From Verrucomicrobiales bacterium (GTDB taxonomy: Bacteria; Verrucomicrobiota; Verrucomicrobiia; Verrucomicrobiales; SLCJ01), in contig JBJTQJ010000001.1 of NCBI GenBank assembly GCA_046075565.1, positions 1 through 22,673 on the forward strand: DNA of 22,673 nucleotides, read 5' to 3'. The position numbers and the translations under genes were made by a program. Below are positions 8,420 to 14,787 of this stretch, one piece after another (position 1 is the first letter of the stretch; every line of letters starts with the position of its first letter). The notes beneath the pieces are model-generated. The model worked only from the letters and a program-made list of their open reading frames with translations, was not told the origin of the DNA and ran no database searches.

Positions 8420-10783
8420 ATGAAACCTTTGAACGAAGAATCGCCCTTTGCCACGGCAATTCGTCCTGTCCCTTCTGCCTCCCGCAAATTGGCCGCGGCG
8501 AAAAAGACCGTCGTCCACCTGATTGCCAACGCCCACCTCGACCCCATTTGGCTGTGGAACTGGCAAGCGGGTGTGGACGAGGCGCTGGCCACTTTCCGTT
8601 CGGCCGTGGATCGTTGCCATGAATATCCGGAATTCCGCTACACGCGGGGGGAGGCCTGGCTTTACCAATGGGTCGAAGACCTCGACCCCGGTCTCTTCGC
8701 GGCCGTCCGGGAATTGGTTGCCGCGGGTCGCTGGTCGGTGGTCGGCGGCCAATGGGTCCAACCGGATGCGAATCTCCCGACCGCCGCCGGATGGAGGAAA
8801 CAATTCGCCCTTGGTCAGCGCTACTTTGAGGATCGCTTCGGAATCCGGCCCACCATTGGCTATAATGTCGATACCTTCGGACACCCGGCCACGCTGCCGG
8901 ACCTGCTCAGGGAAGTCGGGTGCAATGGCTACGTCTTCCATCGCCCGAATGAAAACCAGGTTTCCCTCCCCGCCCAAACCTTCCGATGGCGCGGCACTGG
9001 TGGGGCCGAGGTGATCGGTTTCCGCATCGCTCCCTGTTACGTCACCCGTAGCGATGATCTCCACGGCCAGATCGACCTGACGGTAAAGGCGGCCGACCGG
9101 GCATTCGGACACACCATGATGTTCTACGGTCTTGGCAACCACGGTGGAGGCCCGACCAAGGCAAATATCGAATGGCTCCTCGAACACCGCGACGCCTTCA
9201 GCGACGTGGAACTCCGCTTCAGCACGGTGGATGACTTCTTCCGCGAAGCGGAGGCCGGACGCGATCTCATGCCGATGGTGGATTACGAATTGCAGAAGAC
9301 CTTTCCCGGTTGTTACAGCGTGATGCACGCTATCAAACAGAACCAGCACCGCGGCGAGCGCCTGCTCGAACAGGCCGAGGAACTCGTGCGCGCTTTCGGA
9401 ACCGATAAGCAAAGCACGACCGCCGCGCTGGCCCGCATCGACGAGGCTTGGAAAGATCTCGCCTTCACCCAGTTCCACGACATCCTCGCCGGAACGAGTG
9501 TGCCCTCTTCGGTGCTCTCGACCCACCACATGCAGGGACGGGCTTCCATTGTCGGCGAGGAGGAAGTCGTGCGCGCATCCCGTCGTCACGCCCGTGTTAC
9601 TTTGCCAGGCGAGAACAATCAGCGGCTGGTCCTGCTCAACGGCTCCAAGCATGATTTTGATGGCATGATCGAATGCGAACCCTTTATCGATTTCGATGAT
9701 TGGGGGAACCGCTGGTTCGCCGACGAAAGTGGAATTGCCATTCCTTTCCAACTCGTCACTCCCGAAGCGAACGCCGGGGCGATGACCCACCGGGTGGTCC
9801 TGCCCGTAGCCATCCCCGCGGGTGGCGAAAGAGTTCTCCGCGTGCTTGATGACGCCAACTCCCCTGCCCTCTCTTCCTCCCCGCCAGTCACCGTCAAAGC
9901 AACAACCATCAGCACGGGAGATCTATCCCTCACGGCCGGGCCGCGAGGGATTGCCGCGCTGAGTTGGAAGAATCGTGAGTTGTTAGGAACTGACGGAATC
10001 TCGCTTCACTTGCGCGAAGAACACGGCGACACCTGGGTATTCCACCAAACCGGATTCAACGAGGACATCACCAGCAAGTTGGAAGGACTCGAGTGGATTG
10101 TCGAGGACAGCGGCCCGCTGCGTGCGCGCATCTTCGCCGATCAGACCATCGGGAGTTCGAAGGTGCGCCTTGGCATCACCGTTTACGCCGGAAAACCGGA
10201 AATCCACCTTCATCTGCAAGTCATCTTCGCCGAACAGCACAAAATGCTGCAGATGCCGATACAGCTCGCTTCCGCCGCTACCGGATGGACAAGCGGATTG
10301 GCCGGTGGTTACGTGAAACGCAATCCAGGACCCGATGAGATGCCGTTCTGCGGATGGGATAGCGTGCAAGGGGCCGGTCACAGCCTCAGCATGCACACGC
10401 CGGATGCCTACAGCTCGCGTTTGCATGAGAATGTCTGGCAGTTCTCGTTGCTGCGTTCACCGTTGATGGCTTGGACTGGCGATAGCGAGTTTGATCCCGC
10501 GTTTTCGCGCCAGCACTCCGATCAAGGCTCGCATGATTTCCATTTCATCCTGCGTCTGGATGAGAAGCCTGATCCGATCCGTTGCGAAATGATCTCCGAT
10601 CATCAGGCCAAACCGCCAGTCGTCTTCGACCACTACGTCGGCATGAACCGCCCCGCCTGGGGCAACGCCCCACCCCGGCGCCTCTGGACACCCGACATTC
10701 CGCACGCCCGCGAACTCGGCCACATGAAGCACCTCGACGCCCTTGCCAACCAAGGGAGAAATTGGGAAGAACGGCCGGAGTGA
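8420..10783 (+). CDS. Glycoside hydrolase family 38 (alpha-mannosidase-like), no evident signal peptide, 787 aa
   Basis: VHLIANAHLDPIWLWNW (Zn-binding HxD), GGQWVQPDANLP, GYNVDTFGH (nucleophile Asp), FRWRG, YGLGNHGGGPT, FTQFHDILAGTS, later SLLRSP and DQGSHDF. Confidence 0.9.
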   Translation: MKPLNEESPFATAIRPVPSASRKLAAAKKTVVHLIANAHLDPIWLWNWQAGVDEALATFRSAVDRCHEYPEFRYTRGEAWLYQWVEDLDPGLFAAVRELVAAGRWSVVGGQWVQPDANLPTAAGWRKQFALGQRYFEDRFGIRPTIGYNVDTFGHPATLPDLLREVGCNGYVFHRPNENQVSLPAQTFRWRGTGGAEVIGFRIAPCYVTRSDDLHGQIDLTVKAADRAFGHTMMFYGLGNHGGGPTKANIEWLLEHRDAFSDVELRFSTVDDFFREAEAGRDLMPMVDYELQKTFPGCYSVMHAIKQNQHRGERLLEQAEELVRAFGTDKQSTTAALARIDEAWKDLAFTQFHDILAGTSVPSSVLSTHHMQGRASIVGEEEVVRASRRHARVTLPGENNQRLVLLNGSKHDFDGMIECEPFIDFDDWGNRWFADESGIAIPFQLVTPEANAGAMTHRVVLPVAIPAGGERVLRVLDDANSPALSSSPPVTVKATTISTGDLSLTAGPRGIAALSWKNRELLGTDGISLHLREEHGDTWVFHQTGFNEDITSKLEGLEWIVEDSGPLRARIFADQTIGSSKVRLGITVYAGKPEIHLHLQVIFAEQHKMLQMPIQLASAATGWTSGLAGGYVKRNPGPDEMPFCGWDSVQGAGHSLSMHTPDAYSSRLHENVWQFSLLRSPLMAWTGDSEFDPAFSRQHSDQGSHDFHFILRLDEKPDPIRCEMISDHQAKPPVVFDHYVGMNRPAWGNAPPRRLWTPDIPHARELGHMKHLDALANQGRNWEERPE

Positions 10784-10803
10784 TGGGTTAGAATTGGCCC
10801 CAA

Positions 10804-10863
10804 TCACCTGCTGTGGGAGAGCAGCAGCAGGGCGGTGAGGAGAAGTCGGAGCGGGTTTATCAT
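10804..10863 (-). other. 19-codon hydrophobic mini-ORF MINPLRLLLTALLLLSHSR (signal-peptide stub or small membrane peptide)
   Basis: ATG lies 1 nt after the vapC stop. The sequence has the n/h-region look of a Sec signal peptide and ends in TGA at 10804-10806. Confidence 0.4.
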
Positions 10864-10864
10864 G

Positions 10865-11278
10865 TCATTGGAAAGTGGCAAGTGCTTGAGCAATTGAGAG
10901 CGTGTCATCCGGGCAGGCCTTGCGCAGCCGGCCATCCTCGGTGATGAGTTTCTGGCCGAAGCTGCGGGCCAGTGCAATGAAGCGGGCATCGTAGGCGGAG
11001 ATGTTCCGCTCACAGGCGATGCGGAGGGTTGCGCCCAAGTCGACTTCGTGGTGATTCGCTGGCGGGAACAATGTCACTGCGCGGTTCTGTGCGGCGAGCG
11101 CATCGGCGATTTCAAGCTGTCCGGAACGATGATAATTGCGCAAAGCGTTGCTCAGTTCGATTTGCCACCAGTCGGGCAGGTGCCAGTCTGCATCATTGGC
11201 TAGCAGGGCGCTGGCATCCTCGTGGAGCGGATGGGTGAGGACAAGGGCAATGACCAGATTGGTATCGACGATGAGCAT
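10865..11278 (-). CDS. vapC: PIN-domain type II toxin (VapC/FitB-like ribonuclease), 137 aa
   Basis: MLIVDTNLVI (PIN first strand DTN), IELSNAL, ISAYDARFIALA, LITEDGRL acidic-residue pattern. Lies 12 nt downstream of a small antitoxin gene. Confidence 0.9.
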   Translation of the reverse strand: MLIVDTNLVIALVLTHPLHEDASALLANDADWHLPDWWQIELSNALRNYHRSGQLEIADALAAQNRAVTLFPPANHHEVDLGATLRIACERNISAYDARFIALARSFGQKLITEDGRLRKACPDDTLSIAQALATFQ

Positions 11279-11290
11279 AAAAGGGTGTGA

Positions 11291-11533
11291 TTAATAGCCC
11301 CTGAGTTCAATGTCCTCATCGATGAACCGCTGTGTTTCTTCGGTGGTGAGTTTTGGTCCCTTCAGTCGAATGGGTGCTGGCAGGTCGATGGCCCGTGGCT
11401 GCGGCGCGGCGCGTAGTCCCGCCTCGATGGTGGCGATGGTTTCCTGGGTAACGGAACGGCGATGTGCCTCCGCAGCCGCTTTGAGGCGGGCGTGGAGAGC
11501 GGCGGGGAGGTTGCGGATGAGAAGATCAGGCAT
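11291..11533 (-). CDS. FitA-like ribbon-helix-helix antitoxin (VapB role), 80 aa
   Basis: Likely start MPDLLIRNLPAALHARLKAAAEAHRRSVTQETIATIE (ATG at 11533), the Arc/FitA RHH pattern. Acidic C-terminus. Directly upstream of the PIN toxin. Confidence 0.87.
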   Translation of the reverse strand: MPDLLIRNLPAALHARLKAAAEAHRRSVTQETIATIEAGLRAAPQPRAIDLPAPIRLKGPKLTTEETQRFIDEDIELRGY

Positions 11534-11539
11534 GGCATG

Positions 11540-11570
11540 ATGATAGCGCTTTGATATCAAAATGCAATCA
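11540..11570 (-). promoter_or_regulatory. TA promoter (-35 TTGCAT, 16 nt spacer, -10 TATCAT) overlapped by three 8-bp operator-like boxes
   Basis: The + strand reads TGATAGCG-ctt-TGATATCA-aaa-TGCAATCA (11541-11570, 11-bp period). The boxes resemble the TGCTATCA/TGATAGCA half-sites bound by Neisseria FitAB. Confidence 0.7.
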
Positions 11571-11720
11571 TTCATTTAGCATCCATACGGTGTTGGGATT
11601 CGGCTTTGGCGCGTCCGCAGAGTGTGGTGCCGCCACCGATGCCATGAGAGAAACGGTGAGGTCGATGATCTTCGGCGGATGCAAAGGAGTTTGCCGAGCA
11701 CGCCTCACAGGGGGATGCAT
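11568..11720 (-). pseudogene. Possible decayed 5' stub of a sulfatase-like secreted protein (50 codons)
   Basis: Manual translation MHPPVRRARQTPLHPPKIIDLTVSLMASVAAPHSADAPKPNPNTVWMLNE*. The end resembles A..KPN(I)VW(I)xxED. The stop is the TGA of the first TA operator box. Confidence 0.35.
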
Positions 11721-11747
11721 TAACGCCGTTACCAGTCCTGCTTGGAT

Positions 11748-13148
11748 TCAGTTCTTTTTGGTTGAGCCTTCTTTCCCCTGCAGGTTCGTGGCTTCAATGG
11801 CCGGGATGTTGTCCTTGTTCCAATTGTCATACGCGGCCTGTAGTTCGCGTGCGATGTCCGGCTCGCTGGCCATGCGGTCTTGTGTTTCGCCGATGTCCTC
11901 CGCAAGGTTGAAGAGTTGCGGTTCCATCATCTTGCTTTCGTCATCATTATCTCGGCGGTCATGCCAACGGACCAGTTTCCATGGTCCTTTGCGCACCGCC
12001 CATTGTTGGCCTAGCCGCCAGCAGAGGGATTCGTGGGGAAGACCGGTGGATTTGCCGGTCAGATAAGGCAGCAGGTCGACGCCATCCAGTTTCCACGCTG
12101 GATCGATTTCCACACCGGCGGCGGAGAGCGCGGTGGTCATCAGGTCGAGTTGGATCACAGGACGGTCGTCCACCTTGTCGGCCGGGATGACACCGGGCCA
12201 CGAAACCATGAACGGCACGCGGATACCGCCTTCGAGAAGTTGGATTTTCCCGCCACGCAAGGGGGTATTGGTCGCGCCGTTCTTGGCCACGCCGCGAAGA
12301 AGGGCCCCGCCATTGTCGCTAAGGAAAAACACCAGCGTGTTGTTGGTCAGATCAAGCGCTTGCATCGCTTTGGTCACGCGTCCGATTGCCTGATCCAGCT
12401 TCCAGGTCACGGCCGCGTAAATCCGCCGCTGTTCATTCTCGATCGAGGAGAATTTCTCCAAGGCTTCCTTGGGAGCCTCCATCGGCGTGTGAGGAGCGTT
12501 GAAGGCGAGATAGAGGAAGAACCGTTCTTCGCGGTGCCGCCTCATGAAGTCCGCCGCCTCATCCGCCAACACGTCGGTGAGATAACCTTTCAGTTCCACC
12601 GGTTCACGACCGCGCACGATCGGGCCGTAACGTTTGTCATTGGCCCTCAAATAGGAATGGGCACCGCCGGTAAAGCCGAAGAATTCATCAAACCCGCGGC
12701 TGAGTGGATGGAATGCCTCCCCTTCCCCGAGATGCCACTTGCCCAGTGCACCGGTCACATAGCCCGCGCTTTTCATGCGCTGGGCGAAGGTGGTTTGATT
12801 CAGGTCGAGGGCGAGTTTGGTTGGATTCGGTTCGGTGATGGCCGGCGGATTGAACTCATGGCCAAAGCGTGCCTGGTATCGGCCGGTCATCAATGCGGCG
12901 CGCGTCGGACTGCACAGTGGCGCGCTCACATAGCCGCTGGAGAAACGGACGCCGGTGCGGGCGAAGGCATCAATGTTCGGCGTGGGGATGTCTTTGCAAC
13001 CGTGCACCCCGATGTCGCCAAATCCGAGGTCATCGACGATGATGACCACAACATTCGGCGAACCAGCGGCAGCAGGGGCAGCCCATGCGAGGGTCTGGGC
13101 CAACAGCAGAGCAGCGAATGAGAGGACTTTGATGGGAAGGCATTTCAT
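11748..13148 (-). CDS. Secreted S1 arylsulfatase-like sulfatase, 466 aa
   Basis: Signal peptide ...AQTLAWA. Motifs PNVVVIIVDDLGFGD, LCSPTRAALMTGRY, GKWHLG, FNAPHTP, SDNGG...PLRGGK...EGGIRVP. Confidence 0.93.
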   Translation of the reverse strand: MKCLPIKVLSFAALLLAQTLAWAAPAAAGSPNVVVIIVDDLGFGDIGVHGCKDIPTPNIDAFARTGVRFSSGYVSAPLCSPTRAALMTGRYQARFGHEFNPPAITEPNPTKLALDLNQTTFAQRMKSAGYVTGALGKWHLGEGEAFHPLSRGFDEFFGFTGGAHSYLRANDKRYGPIVRGREPVELKGYLTDVLADEAADFMRRHREERFFLYLAFNAPHTPMEAPKEALEKFSSIENEQRRIYAAVTWKLDQAIGRVTKAMQALDLTNNTLVFFLSDNGGALLRGVAKNGATNTPLRGGKIQLLEGGIRVPFMVSWPGVIPADKVDDRPVIQLDLMTTALSAAGVEIDPAWKLDGVDLLPYLTGKSTGLPHESLCWRLGQQWAVRKGPWKLVRWHDRRDNDDESKMMEPQLFNLAEDIGETQDRMASEPDIARELQAAYDNWNKDNIPAIEATNLQGKEGSTKKN

Positions 13149-13293
13149 AGGTCAGGTCTCCGGGGAGGGATAAAGTTCATCTCGGACTTGGAGATGATAA
13201 ATTCACCCTCCAGCCGTCACCTTCAAGCTAAAGAAATGGCCGGAAGCGCGACAAAGGTGATGCGGCTGGCGGGAGGAACCGCATGTTTTCCTA

Positions 13294-14769
13294 CTACTTG
13301 CGACTGCGACCGGCTTTCTCAATACCTTGCATTTCGGCCTCCAGCCGCTCAACAATTTCCGGATTCTTCTGATAGAGGTTGTTCGTCTCGGCCGGGTCGT
13401 TGCGGAGGTTGTAGAGCTGGCCCGTGGGTCCGCCGGGCTCGGGTTCGATGGTCTTGGGATCCGAAAATCCACCGGAACCGAGCCGGTTGATGAGTTTCCA
13501 GTCGCCCGAGCGGATCATCATCGCGGGTGCGCTGCCGGCATGCATGACAATCGGGCCGCGGACAGGCTGACCCTCGGGTTGCTCTCCCTTCAGCACGGGC
13601 AACAGGCTGAAGCTATCGGGACCGGCGGCTTCGGGGAGCGTCGTGCCACAGATATCGGCGAAGGTAGCCAAGAGGTCGGTAAAACAAATCGTCTGGTCGG
13701 TCACGGTCCCGGGTTTGACTTGTTCCGGCCAGCGGACAATGAATGGCATCCGGTGCCCCCCCTCCCAAGCATCCCCTTTCATACCGCGCCAGCCGCCAGC
13801 CGCCTTGTGGCCGAATTTTTCTTCATCCTTCGGACGCCAGGCCGGGCCGTTGTCCGAGGTGAAGACCACCAACGTGTCGCGGGTCATGTTGGTTTTATCC
13901 AACAAATCCAGCACCCGCCCGATCTGGGCATCCACCATCATGACGAAGTCACCATACATTCCAGCCCCGCTCTTCCCGGTGAATTCAGCCGACGGCAACC
14001 AGGGTGTATGGGGTGCAGGATAGGCGAGGTAGAGCATCCACGGCTTCCGCTCGGTATTACTTTGAATGACACTGCATGCTTCGTCTGTAAGTTTCGGCAG
14101 AACGTCTTTCAGTTCCAGATCGGGCGCAATACCGCCTTCCCGCCAGAAAGCCCCTTGGGTTGGCGCCCAGCCTTCGCTGTGGTTCTCCGCAATATGCGCG
14201 GTTGGCGGGGTAATTGCACGATCTCCCCGGATGTAAAAATACGGCGGGATGTCGGTTGATGCGCGCATCCCGAAGAACGAGCTGAAGCCGCAATCCAATG
14301 GCCCGCCGGGCAGCGGCTTATCGTAGCCGTTTTCACGGAAACCGAGATGCCATTTGCCGACCATCGCGGTGGCGTAGCCTTCATCGCGCAGCAATGAAGC
14401 GATGGTCATTTGATCCTTCTCAATCAGCGGCTCCTTCGGCCAGCGTTTAGTGTTGGTGCGGAATGGATAGCGGCCGGTCATCAATCCGTAACGCGAAGGA
14501 TGGCAGAGCGGGCCGGGTGCGTGGGCATCGGTGAAACGCATGCCCTCTTTCGCCAGACGATCGATGTGTGGTGTCCGAATCTTCGACTCCGGGTTGAAAC
14601 ACCGGGGGTCGCCGTAGCCCATGTCGTCAACGAGAATGATCAGGACGTTGGGCTTGCGGGCGGTAGCCTTCTCTTCCGCCGTGAGCGTGTCTGCTGGTTC
14701 ATGCGTCCGGCAAGAAGCGGCAAGAAGCGCGACGGAAAAGGCAAATATAGTGAGCTTCATCGGATTCAT
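13294..14769 (-). CDS. S1 arylsulfatase-like sulfatase, probable lipoprotein, 491 aa
   Basis: Signal ...VALLAASC. Motifs PNVLIILVDDMGYGD, RFTDAH, LCHPSRYGLMTGRY, GKWHLG, PAPHTPWLP, TSDNGP, RGMKGDAWEGGHRMP. Ends TAG TAG (13291-13296). Alternative start at 14760. Confidence 0.93.
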   Translation of the reverse strand: MNPMKLTIFAFSVALLAASCRTHEPADTLTAEEKATARKPNVLIILVDDMGYGDPRCFNPESKIRTPHIDRLAKEGMRFTDAHAPGPLCHPSRYGLMTGRYPFRTNTKRWPKEPLIEKDQMTIASLLRDEGYATAMVGKWHLGFRENGYDKPLPGGPLDCGFSSFFGMRASTDIPPYFYIRGDRAITPPTAHIAENHSEGWAPTQGAFWREGGIAPDLELKDVLPKLTDEACSVIQSNTERKPWMLYLAYPAPHTPWLPSAEFTGKSGAGMYGDFVMMVDAQIGRVLDLLDKTNMTRDTLVVFTSDNGPAWRPKDEEKFGHKAAGGWRGMKGDAWEGGHRMPFIVRWPEQVKPGTVTDQTICFTDLLATFADICGTTLPEAAGPDSFSLLPVLKGEQPEGQPVRGPIVMHAGSAPAMMIRSGDWKLINRLGSGGFSDPKTIEPEPGGPTGQLYNLRNDPAETNNLYQKNPEIVERLEAEMQGIEKAGRSRK

Positions 14770-14787
14770 AGTGGACTTTTTCCGGGA

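Noticed and set aside
11656..11708. Imperfect long hairpin GTGAGG...TCGGCGGA...TTTGCCGA...CCTCAC as a possible ncRNA or REP
   Set aside because: Several bulges, single copy in the window, no recognisable RNA family motif, and plausible by chance at this GC content.
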